DNA of 35,311 nt from IMG/VR virus record IMGVR_UViG_3300045988_070681. One strand, given 5' to 3'. A model generated the notes under the pieces. The model saw only the letters and a list, made by a program, of their open reading frames with translations. It was not told where the DNA came from and did not search any database. Positions 24,753 to 32,484 of this stretch are shown one piece after another. Source of the stretch: a virus. A program made the translations under genes and the position numbers. Each line of letters begins with the position of its first letter. Position 1 is the first letter of the stretch.

Positions 24753-25184
24753 TTACTTATTATTGGTTATTGCTTCCGCCATCTTCCTAAGCTCGCTACG
24801 CGAGATATTAACGGTGAATTGCTTTCCCTGGCTGTGGATCATCCAAACCGCAGTAAATTTAGAATATTGCGCGGTGTTATCCCCTGGGTTGTTGAGGTTT
24901 ACTATCTCGTTGCTACTTGACGGCTTGTACTCTGCAAGGCTTAAGAGCGTCTTAACCGCCGCGTCCGCGTCTCCTAACCTTATATCCATTTCTAGGGAAT
25001 TTGTTCCGGCTGCTTGTCCGGTGATTTGGTACGTTACCGCGCCGCCCTTCGTGACTTCCACGATCTTACAGGTTCCAAGACGGAAAGACTTAAGCGTTTT
25101 CAAGCGTCCGCTTGCGGTTGATACTTGCGCCATCGCGCTAACTGATAACAAAACTACTGCTAAAATACATACTAACTTTTTCAT
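24753..25184 (-). CDS. Secreted/periplasmic protein with a cleavable signal peptide (143 aa)
   Basis: The track start at 25220 is GTG inside the conserved leader. The ATG at 25184 gives MKKLVCILAVVLLSVSAMA-Q, a classic n-h-c signal with an AxA site. It has its own consensus promoter. Confidence 0.7.
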   Translation of the reverse strand: MKKLVCILAVVLLSVSAMAQVSTASGRLKTLKSFRLGTCKIVEVTKGGAVTYQITGQAAGTNSLEMDIRLGDADAAVKTLLSLAEYKPSSSNEIVNLNNPGDNTAQYSKFTAVWMIHSQGKQFTVNISRSELRKMAEAITNNK

Positions 25185-25222
25185 AACTTTAATTTTTAAG
25201 TGGTTATTTCCTTTTGACACTT

Positions 25223-25253
25223 CAAAGATACGGCTACTTACCAGACTGCCAAA
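25223..25253 (-). promoter_or_regulatory. Bacteroidota-type promoter P1 (TTTG, 19 nt, TATCTTTG)
   Basis: The minus strand reads TTTGgcagtctggtaagtagccgTATCTTTG, with the -7 box at 25223-25230 and the -33 at 25250-25253. It lies about 39 nt upstream of ATG 25184. Confidence 0.7.
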
Positions 25254-25298
25254 ATACAGGATAAACTATTAACATCAATTCGCACTAACCGCCATGAG

Positions 25299-25607
25299 TT
25301 AACGACCGTTAACATAAAAGTCTATCAAGTCCTTCAAATCGTTGTACTCGTCAGGGCTAGATACTACGCGTACGTTGAAGCCAAGCGCGGCGATCCGGTC
25401 GAGTATAACGCGCTGAACCGGTCGGGGCTTGCATCCGGTTGACTTGAACTCGGCAAAAATAACCGTCCCGCCTGGTAACAAGTACATTCGGTCCGGCAAA
25501 CCGTTAATGAATTGGGATAACAATTTGATTGCCATCCCTCCTTTATTCTCCACGTACTTAGACATAGTACGCTCAAATACCTTTTCGCTAGTTTCCGTTG
25601 CCTTCAT
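25299..25607 (-). CDS. VRR-NUC domain nuclease
   Basis: GLPDRMYLLPGGTVIFAEFKSTGCKPRPVQRVILDRIAALGF fits the PD...(D/E)xK...Q VRR-NUC pattern. About 100 aa, the typical size. Confidence 0.8.
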   Translation of the reverse strand: MKATETSEKVFERTMSKYVENKGGMAIKLLSQFINGLPDRMYLLPGGTVIFAEFKSTGCKPRPVQRVILDRIAALGFNVRVVSSPDEYNDLKDLIDFYVNGR

Positions 25608-25875
25608 CGGGTCCCTGTATTCTTAGTACTCCATTGTTCGCCACCTTGCACGCAGCCCGTAGTGCCACGTAATTTTTCCTGGCTTGTGCCGCTTCTTTCC
25701 ACGTCAGGCGGGCGCACCCTTCCAAATCACCCCAAACGTCCTTTGCCTTGTCATATACTTGCAGCTTAAACAGCCCGCAAAACTCTCCTGTGTACTTGTC
25801 CGGTGTGATGCGTGTCGCACCGTCCCGGGACCTTAATTTTTTCTTGTTACTCATTGTGGTTAATTTTAATGTCAT
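25588..25875 (-). CDS. Hypothetical protein (95 aa)
   Basis: The ATG at 25875 forms an ATGA overlap with the upstream stop. Confidence 0.55.
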   Translation of the reverse strand: MTLKLTTMSNKKKLRSRDGATRITPDKYTGEFCGLFKLQVYDKAKDVWGDLEGCARLTWKEAAQARKNYVALRAACKVANNGVLRIQGPDEGNGN

Positions 25876-26072
25876 TTAGCCTCCTCCGTTACATAAGTTA
25901 GGTTAACGCGCCTGACTGTAAATCCCGCCAGGGTCTGGCACTCGGTGATATACCGCCTTTCCGCTTCAATGTCTGGTACAACATACACGCCTAAACTATC
26001 TTGGACCTTCGTGTAGTCCTGGACTATAACGCCTTCTGTCGTTATAATCACGGCTTTCATTATCTGTATCAT
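25872..26072 (-). CDS. Hypothetical protein (66 aa)
   Basis: The ATG at 26072 is coupled (ATGA) to the 28-aa ORF upstream. Confidence 0.55.
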   Translation of the reverse strand: MIQIMKAVIITTEGVIVQDYTKVQDSLGVYVVPDIEAERRYITECQTLAGFTVRRVNLTYVTEEAK

Positions 26073-26155
26073 ACGCTAGTGGTTGGCTCGCAGCACAACA
26101 AAATGAATAATACAAACAGGATCGCCCAAAACGTGTAAACTATAAACTGTTTCAT
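26069..26155 (-). CDS. Small hydrophobic peptide (28 aa), not on the ORF track
   Basis: MKQFIVYTFWAILFVLFILLCCEPTTSV. The ATG lies 1 nt after the upstream stop, and the stop overlaps the next ATG (ATGA). One predicted transmembrane helix. Confidence 0.35.
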   Translation of the reverse strand: MKQFIVYTFWAILFVLFILLCCEPTTSV

Positions 26156-26156
26156 A

Positions 26157-26396
26157 TCAATACCTCCAAATATTAATTTTAACTCCCAAAAATTTCTCCA
26201 TCCGCTTTGCAGTTTCCACGGCTAGCCCGTACATAAACTCTACATACTCGTTATAGGCAGTCTCCTCATAACCGTTAACGGAGTAGTTCAAGCTCCAATA
26301 GTATTCGCCATCCTTACAAATTTCGTCAGCGGTGCACCTGATCCTATTCTCTTTCAGCCCCAAGTCACATATAATATGTTTTCTCACTAAATCCAT
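26157..26396 (-). CDS. Hypothetical protein (79 aa)
   Basis: ATG start, tight packing. No motif recognised. Confidence 0.55.
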   Translation of the reverse strand: MDLVRKHIICDLGLKENRIRCTADEICKDGEYYWSLNYSVNGYEETAYNEYVEFMYGLAVETAKRMEKFLGVKINIWRY

Positions 26397-26398
26397 GA

Positions 26399-26713
26399 TT
26401 ATAATATTTTAAATGTTAATATTGCATGTTCGATATCTGCCCGGCTAGCTGTGGCTATCAGGTACTCCGCGCCGTCCCAATTACGGCAAATGTCGTAGGG
26501 TGTTGCATTCATCCGCCTAATCTCCTCCGCGGTGCGCCCCTGCATAGCCTTAACCAGCTTCTGCATTTTCATTGAATCTCGCTCTATGGCTTTTTTAGTA
26601 GGCTCGCCGAAAAATGCCTTCTTGTTCCAAAAGCGGCGGCGGGCTTTTAGGTCCGCCTCGCTTAGTTCTCCTATATTCTGTTTCATAATCTTATATTTTA
26701 GATAAAATAGCAT
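26399..26713 (-). CDS. Hypothetical protein (95-104 aa; start at 26713 or 26686)
   Basis: Both candidate starts are ATG. The 26686 start (MKQNIGEL) would sit 4 nt after the stop of the 51-aa ORF upstream. Confidence 0.6.
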   Translation of the reverse strand: MLFYLKYKIMKQNIGELSEADLKARRRFWNKKAFFGEPTKKAIERDSMKMQKLVKAMQGRTAEEIRRMNATPYDICRNWDGAEYLIATASRADIEHAILTFKIL

Positions 26714-26846
26714 ATGCTTCTTCTATAAATGTTTCAGGGTATACGCCTAATTTTTTAAGCGGTCTTAGGTCTTTCTGTGTGAAATACAGTCCCATGCACC
26801 CTTTCCAATTGTTGGTTTCTCCAAAATACTTTATTAGTTCTAACAT
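26691..26846 (-). CDS. Small ORF (51 aa), not on the ORF track
   Basis: MLELIKYFGETNNWKGCMGLYFTQKDLRPLKKLGVYPETFIEEAYAILSKI. It fills the 26714-26886 gap. Confidence 0.35.
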   Translation of the reverse strand: MLELIKYFGETNNWKGCMGLYFTQKDLRPLKKLGVYPETFIEEAYAILSKI

Positions 26847-26886
26847 ATCTTTTTAGTGTTATGGCAGGTGTTACCCCGCCGGTTTA

Positions 26887-27111
26887 TTAATTTTTTAATG
26901 ATTTGATTTGTCTTTCCAATAAACGCGCCCTGCTAGCTTCATTATCTGCAAATTCATTTTGACCTATTGACCTGTAATAATCGGCGTTTTCTTTAGCGTT
27001 TTCAAGTGCCCTTTGTTTTTCCTGGATCATCCGTGATTTTTCGGAATTGCCATTTCTGATTATTACATCCTCTAGGGCGGTTCTTCTTGTTAATTCGATA
27101 GTTGCTTTCAT
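26887..27111 (-). CDS. Small coiled-coil protein (74 aa)
   Basis: The track start at 27147 is GTG inside the conserved leader. The ATG at 27111 gives MKATIELTRR... It has its own consensus promoter. Confidence 0.6.
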   Translation of the reverse strand: MKATIELTRRTALEDVIIRNGNSEKSRMIQEKQRALENAKENADYYRSIGQNEFADNEASRARLLERQIKSLKN

Positions 27112-27149
27112 ATCTTTAATTTTTAATTGGTTATTTCCTTTTGACACCT

Positions 27150-27180
27150 CAAAGATACGACAAGTTATCGGACTACCAAA
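27150..27180 (-). promoter_or_regulatory. Bacteroidota-type promoter P2 (TTTG, 19 nt, TATCTTTG)
   Basis: The minus strand reads TTTGgtagtccgataacttgtcgTATCTTTG, with the -7 box at 27150-27157 and the -33 at 27177-27180. Promoter plus leader is about 87% identical to P1. Confidence 0.7.
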
Positions 27181-27210
27181 ATTTTTCTCAAAAAACTTTG
27201 AGATATTAAC

Positions 27211-27246
27211 AAAAATAAAGTCTCACGTATCACTACGAAAGACTTT
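27211..27246 (-). terminator. Weak hairpin plus U-run downstream of the primase-helicase gene
   Basis: Minus strand: AAAGTCT, 16-nt loop, AGACTTT, then ATTTTTG. The 7-bp stem is A/U-rich. Confidence 0.3.
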
Positions 27247-27305
27247 TTAACTGAAAAACCACCCTAAAAGTATTAACCTTAAAAATTAGAAAAGAAAGTT
27301 TTGTG

Positions 27306-29696
27306 TCACAAAGATAGTAATTTTTTGCTTTCCTCGCTACCTTTACGGATATAAACTACTTGTGCGCCGTACAATTTAGTCCTATTTAACTTTCCTTTAA
27401 ACCATCCTTTCATTTGCCGTATCGCTGTGGACAATTCGCGCCCTTTCGCGCTTGTATAATCTTCTTTCCGGCGTCCCAGCGCATCCACCCAAAGCTCCAT
27501 TAAACAGAACTCGTTTTTAACCGTGTCGCCGGTCTCACCCAGACCGCCCGACAGGAAGTCGGCGCGTTGTTGTTCGGTGCGCTCTTCGTAGTCAGCCGGG
27601 AAAAGCCTGTCCACGTAGTTCTCTATAACGCCTACTAGCGGGCTTTCTTCTGTAAATTCTTCGCGTCCCTCGTTAGCGATCGCTTCGGCTTCGTCAGACA
27701 AAACAAGGCTTTCGCCCAACATGTACAGCTCCATTGCTTCCGCCCAAAGTTGGTCTATTACTGCCTCGAAAGACTTTTCAAACAGCTTGTGCGTGTTTTT
27801 GTTGGCGCGTACCTCTATCGGGAAGAAACGGCGGTTGCCGGTCTTGTCCTTCAAAAACTCATCATCATTGGTAGACCCGAAAAATACGCATTGCCTGCGG
27901 TGTGTCTTGACACGGCGGGCGTACGCGCTACGATACGTATCTTCGCGTTTGCTGATAAAGTTCTTCGTGGCTTCCACGTCCGAACGGCGAAGGGCTGACA
28001 ACTCGGCTAGCTCCACTATCCAAGCATGTTGTATCGCTTCATACGCTTTTTGCCCCGATACATCGGTTAATGAATCGTTGAACCAACCTTTTGAAAGGGA
28101 CTGTATAAGCGTGGACTTTCCCGCACCTTGACCTGAATACATGACAAGCGCCGTATCAAATTTGCGTCCCGGCTCGTACACCCTGGTAACGGCGGCTACC
28201 AGCATTTTACGGAACGCCTCGGACACGTATATGCTAGGCTCTGCCCCCATGTAGTCAACTAAGAAATTATCTATCCGTTTCACGCCGTCCCATCTTTGCG
28301 CCTCTAGGTATTTTTTGATAGGGTGGAAAGCGTTTTCACTGCAAACCTTTTCCAGTGCATCGTTTAATTTGCTGTCATTATAAATACCGTGCAAGTCCTC
28401 TATACGTCCGCGGATAATCGCTACGGCGGTATCGTCCAGCATGTCGCCCTTCTTGATGTCATTCGAGAAGAACGGCGTACGGGTGTACACGATCGTATCA
28501 AGGAACAAGTCATATGCTAATAGACCATTGAGCAGGGGATCGCATTTGAACGCGTTGACAAAGTTCCGGACGGTGCACATTTTATCGCCCTTCTTATCCA
28601 GGTCCCAAACAAGTTCGGCGGCGGTTTGCGCGTCGCCCTTAACATCGTCCGTGTATTCCTCGAAGTCACTTAGGTTGCCGTCAACGGCTACCATGTCCTT
28701 AACACATTCCTTATCGGAGCAAACCAGCTTGTTCATTTCCCGGCTGCTGTCTTCCTTGCCCAGATGCCCGAATTTGTGCACCCGTACGAGGTCATAGGCG
28801 TTATAAGCGTGCCCGTCCCCGATCGGGTCGGTTGAGTGGTGGGAAAAACAAAGCACATCGTCATACACAACCAAGCCCGCCGCGCCTGATCCAAGCGCGT
28901 AGGTGTATCGTCCGTTGTCTACTTCCGTGTAAACATCTGGCAAGTATTTATCTATGGCTTCGGGGATCGTGTACGAGCGGCAAAACGCGCCTACTAAGCC
29001 CTCTTTGTCGCGCGGGTCTTTCGCCATCTCCTTGCTGATAAGCGCGCGGGTATCGCGTTCCACATCTGAATGGAACGCCCAATTGCGCACGTCGCGCCAT
29101 TCTTCATTGTCTCCGTACAAGCCTATCAGGTACCCGGCGTCGATCGGCTCGCCTTCAAATACTTCAAACATCCCCTCCTGGTCTTTGGAAAGAGATTGCC
29201 AGTACATCATGCGTTCGGGCTGGAACGTTGTTTTGTCGAACAAGTCTATGCCCAGCAACTCGGCTACTTTCCGCGCTGCTGCCTCGTACATAACCACGTC
29301 GGTAACTTCTTCCTTGAAAGGCATGATAAGACGGTAACGGCGCGCGCCTGGTCTATCCGAACGCGTTGTATATATAACCGCTGCGTATCCGTGGAAACGG
29401 TCCTCAAAATCGATTGGGAAAAGGTCGTCGGCAAAGTCAATATCTAACGTTATCATAGTACGGGATATAACTGCCTTTTTCAGGCGTTGCGGTCCTGAAA
29501 GCTCGCCCGCCATGAATCCGCCTACGTCCTTCAAGGACGATTTGGCGGGCTTATCCAGCTTATCGTACTCGCGTACCGTTTCGTTAGTGATAACGGGCGT
29601 TCCTAAACGTTTTACAAAATCGTCCCATGTGAGGCGCACCGCCTTCCATTTCAGGGATGCCGAAGAACCTGCAAGTGATAAGGTGTATTTTTCCAT
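27306..29696 (-). CDS. Primase-helicase fusion (AEP prim-pol N-terminus with a VirE/D5-like SF3 helicase C-terminus)
   Basis: N-terminal MITLDIDF (AEP DxD motif). C-terminal Walker A SGQGAGKST and the downstream VFFGSTND/RRFFPIEV pattern are typical of D5/VirE-type phage primase-helicases. Confidence 0.8.
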   Translation of the reverse strand: MEKYTLSLAGSSASLKWKAVRLTWDDFVKRLGTPVITNETVREYDKLDKPAKSSLKDVGGFMAGELSGPQRLKKAVISRTMITLDIDFADDLFPIDFEDRFHGYAAVIYTTRSDRPGARRYRLIMPFKEEVTDVVMYEAAARKVAELLGIDLFDKTTFQPERMMYWQSLSKDQEGMFEVFEGEPIDAGYLIGLYGDNEEWRDVRNWAFHSDVERDTRALISKEMAKDPRDKEGLVGAFCRSYTIPEAIDKYLPDVYTEVDNGRYTYALGSGAAGLVVYDDVLCFSHHSTDPIGDGHAYNAYDLVRVHKFGHLGKEDSSREMNKLVCSDKECVKDMVAVDGNLSDFEEYTDDVKGDAQTAAELVWDLDKKGDKMCTVRNFVNAFKCDPLLNGLLAYDLFLDTIVYTRTPFFSNDIKKGDMLDDTAVAIIRGRIEDLHGIYNDSKLNDALEKVCSENAFHPIKKYLEAQRWDGVKRIDNFLVDYMGAEPSIYVSEAFRKMLVAAVTRVYEPGRKFDTALVMYSGQGAGKSTLIQSLSKGWFNDSLTDVSGQKAYEAIQHAWIVELAELSALRRSDVEATKNFISKREDTYRSAYARRVKTHRRQCVFFGSTNDDEFLKDKTGNRRFFPIEVRANKNTHKLFEKSFEAVIDQLWAEAMELYMLGESLVLSDEAEAIANEGREEFTEESPLVGVIENYVDRLFPADYEERTEQQRADFLSGGLGETGDTVKNEFCLMELWVDALGRRKEDYTSAKGRELSTAIRQMKGWFKGKLNRTKLYGAQVVYIRKGSEESKKLLSL

Positions 29697-29701
29697 GTTA
29701 A

Positions 29702-31699
29702 TTAATCTTTCTTATAATAATTACTAGTGAAACCTTCTGCCTTTAGCGGAATACCAAAAACCTCTGCCCATTTCGGCGTAGCTGCCATTGCTGTACAAAT
29801 TTCCTCTAGTGAAACAACCGGGTCTCCAAAATCATCTAGCGGCGTCTCATTAATGGTTTCATCGTGGATATGTCCCACAATTTTAACCATCGGGTAACGT
29901 TGTACAATCTCTTGCATGCCATATGCCAAAAGGTCCCGGCTGATAGCCTGCGTTATATTTTCGGTTAGCTTTCCGCCGTATGTATCCAAGTCCGCCCATT
30001 TGCCTGTAAGGTCTTGACCCCTGTACGTAATAACCTCCCTATCGCGTCCGTTCACGTTTTTTGTGGCGATCCGGCAAAACGGGTAAAACAAACGGCGCCC
30101 CGAAGGTAATAAAATCGCTAGAGAATTATTTTCATTAAACCATTGAAATGTACAAACGTGTACGCCGTACCGGATAACTTGCACGTCCTTTTTGTTCCTT
30201 ATGCACAGTTTAGCCCGGCTGTCTAGGGCTTCCCAAAATTCCACGATACGCGGTGATGCGTCGCGCCACCTCAAAATAATGTCCTTGTACAGGGACGGGT
30301 CAATAGCGTTTTCATAGTCCATTGCAGCCATAGCGCCTACCCAACCGCCATACCCCAATGCAAGCTCGGTTACCTTGCCCTGTTGGCGGTAATGCGTGCC
30401 TTTTCCGCACTCATCGGCGGGTAGCCCAAACGTCATGCTAGCAGAAACGGCGTAAATGTCCTTGCTATGCCTGAAAGCGTCTATGCGCCACTCTTCACGG
30501 CAAAGGCAAGCCAGTACGCGCGCTTCAATAGCGGAATAGTCAGCGATATGGAACGTAGTGCCCTCGGGGGCTACAAACGTTGTTCTGATAAGCTGTGATA
30601 ATGTGTCAGGCACATCCCCCCAAAACATTTGGAAGTCCGCCAGGCAAAGGTGCTTGGCGTTCTCGCGCGCGCCGTCTAGGTCGTGTATGTAGTTACGTGG
30701 CAAGTTCTGCATTTGGACTAGCCTGCCCGCCCATCGTCCAGTACGACCCGCCCCATAGAACCTATATAAGCCGTGTACACGCCCGTCGAAGCACACGCAA
30801 TTGCGCATCGCGGTATATTTGGCGTTGCTCGTTTTGTTTATGGTCTTCCTGGCGTTTAGTACCTCGTCTACGCGTTCATTGTCGCACTCGGCTATAATGG
30901 TGTCTATTTCCTCTTTGCGGAAAGAATCGAAGTTTTTTCCGGTTTGGATCATTACAAAGTTTTTTAGCTGGATCGTAGATTTAAGGGATGAGATACCGTA
31001 CTTTGTTTTTATCTCATTCTTAAGCCCGTCGCAATACTCATCATTTAGGGCTTCCGCCCGTTCTGCCAGCTCCATATCCACGGCTATGCCGTTGTCGTTT
31101 ATGTCCTGGTCCAGCCGGTACAGGTCTATTTCAGACTGTGGGAAATCGCAATAGCCAAGGCGTCCCAGCGCTTCGCGCTCTGAAAGGATATCATAGCGTA
31201 GGTAATCTATAAATTCATCCCATTTATCGGGGGAGTCTTTCGGATCGTTCCGGTACTCTTCCGGTTTCGCTTTAGTCGGCTTCTGCGGTTGGCAGAAGAA
31301 TTTTATCAGGGCTAGCCCTGTGCCCTTCTTGCCCTCCTGCAAGTCCAGTGCTTTAGAAAGGTTTCCTAAGCTCTCCGGGAATCCCGCATATAATGCCAAT
31401 GTCGCGGTACACATGAAGCGGTCCGCAGGAATGTCTATGCCGTAGGCTTTCAAACATAGGCGTTCAAATTGGGCGTTGTGCGCTACGATCGTGTATTGCT
31501 CATCACGGATCAAGCCTAAAAACTCCTCGTACCCGCATTGTACGGGCTGCGTCATATCAACGATATGAACCGCGCCATTTCCGACGGCGTATCCTATAAG
31601 AAGTATTTCGAAGTCAGGCGATTGCGTGTACCTATACGCTCCGCCGCTCTTGATGTCCTCGCTTGAATAAGTTTCAAAATCTATAAAAATTGGTTTCAT
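29702..31699 (-). CDS. Family A DNA polymerase with an N-terminal 3'-5' exonuclease
   Basis: Exo I IFIDFETYS, motif A HIADYSAIEARVLA, motif B RQQGKVTELALGYGG, motif C VGHIHDETI. Confidence 0.9.
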   Translation of the reverse strand: MKPIFIDFETYSSEDIKSGGAYRYTQSPDFEILLIGYAVGNGAVHIVDMTQPVQCGYEEFLGLIRDEQYTIVAHNAQFERLCLKAYGIDIPADRFMCTATLALYAGFPESLGNLSKALDLQEGKKGTGLALIKFFCQPQKPTKAKPEEYRNDPKDSPDKWDEFIDYLRYDILSEREALGRLGYCDFPQSEIDLYRLDQDINDNGIAVDMELAERAEALNDEYCDGLKNEIKTKYGISSLKSTIQLKNFVMIQTGKNFDSFRKEEIDTIIAECDNERVDEVLNARKTINKTSNAKYTAMRNCVCFDGRVHGLYRFYGAGRTGRWAGRLVQMQNLPRNYIHDLDGARENAKHLCLADFQMFWGDVPDTLSQLIRTTFVAPEGTTFHIADYSAIEARVLACLCREEWRIDAFRHSKDIYAVSASMTFGLPADECGKGTHYRQQGKVTELALGYGGWVGAMAAMDYENAIDPSLYKDIILRWRDASPRIVEFWEALDSRAKLCIRNKKDVQVIRYGVHVCTFQWFNENNSLAILLPSGRRLFYPFCRIATKNVNGRDREVITYRGQDLTGKWADLDTYGGKLTENITQAISRDLLAYGMQEIVQRYPMVKIVGHIHDETINETPLDDFGDPVVSLEEICTAMAATPKWAEVFGIPLKAEGFTSNYYKKD

Positions 31700-31724
31700 G
31701 CCTTTTAGTGGTTTTTTAAAATTA

Positions 31725-31754
31725 AAGCCGCGCCGCTTCTACCCGGCACGGCTT
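31725..31754 (-). terminator. GC-rich hairpin (10-bp stem including one G-U pair, 10-nt loop) followed by UAAUUUU, between the SSB-like gene and the polymerase gene
   Basis: Plus strand aagccgcgcc/ggcacggctt. On the minus-strand RNA it reads AAGCCGUGCC...GGCGCGGCUU, then UAAUUUUAAAAAA. Confidence 0.45.
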
Positions 31755-31824
31755 TTGAAAATCATTTTACACCTGTTTTAACGAGATTGGTTAATAATAA
31801 TTGTTTATAATAGGGATAATTGTT

Positions 31825-32394
31825 TTATGCGTTCATTCCAAATGGGTCATCGTTTTCGTCCTCCAGGTTATCGAAGTCGTTGACGCTTGATCCGCCGTCC
31901 AGCCGGTCATCATCGGTTACCTTCTGTATTCCGTTCAATCCGGCTGTGATACCGCGGTTGTCGGCGCTCATATTGTAACCGTAAATTGAGATGGAGGCTA
32001 CCCCCCAAGAGCCGGAATACATATCTTCCTTTACCGTGATCGGGCGTTTACCCTTGTCGATAACAATCGGTTTGCCAAGTTCCTCTTTGCGTTTCGCCGT
32101 GATGTAGTACATGCCTTCATATCCGGCTTGTCCTTCTTTCTCCGGCGCGTCGCCATCCCGTAACGGGCTTTTGTAATTTTCCGGTACGCGCCCCTTGAAT
32201 TTAGGGTCTTTAGAGAAATAGTCCTGTGCTTCCGCCTTGACCGCATCATTAATTTGCTTAACTAGCGCCGTGTCTGTTTTGGGGATCAGGAGTACAACGC
32301 TATAATTATATTCACCAACTCCGTTATACTGTTCCGGTTCAAAAACTCTTACATAAGAGAAACGCACGTTTTTTAAGATCAATTTTCTACTCAT
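31825..32394 (-). CDS. DUF2815-type phage single-stranded DNA-binding-like protein
   Basis: The track start at 32421 is TTG. The ATG at 32394 gives MSRKLILKNVRFSYVRVFEPE, the characteristic DUF2815 N-terminus. The acidic C-terminal tail DDPF is SSB-like. Sits next to the DUF2800 gene. Confidence 0.75.
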   Translation of the reverse strand: MSRKLILKNVRFSYVRVFEPEQYNGVGEYNYSVVLLIPKTDTALVKQINDAVKAEAQDYFSKDPKFKGRVPENYKSPLRDGDAPEKEGQAGYEGMYYITAKRKEELGKPIVIDKGKRPITVKEDMYSGSWGVASISIYGYNMSADNRGITAGLNGIQKVTDDDRLDGGSSVNDFDNLEDENDDPFGMNA

Positions 32395-32418
32395 AATTTT
32401 TAAGATTTTAATTTGGTT

Positions 32419-32448
32419 CAAAGATATTGTTTTATTTTAGGCTTCAAA
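32419..32448 (-). promoter_or_regulatory. Bacteroidota-type promoter P4 (TTTG, 18 nt, TATCTTTG) upstream of the SSB-like gene
   Basis: The minus strand reads TTTGaagcctaaaataaaacaaTATCTTTG, with the -7 box at 32419-32426 and the -33 at 32445-32448. Confidence 0.65.
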
Positions 32449-32484
32449 CCTGTTATACGTTCTTTAATTGTTTTTTAACTTCCG

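Noticed and set aside
26847-26886. Hairpin GGCGGG..CCTGCC downstream of the 74-aa gene as a terminator
   Set aside because: The stem is 6 bp with a G-U pair and no following U-run, which is too weak to call.
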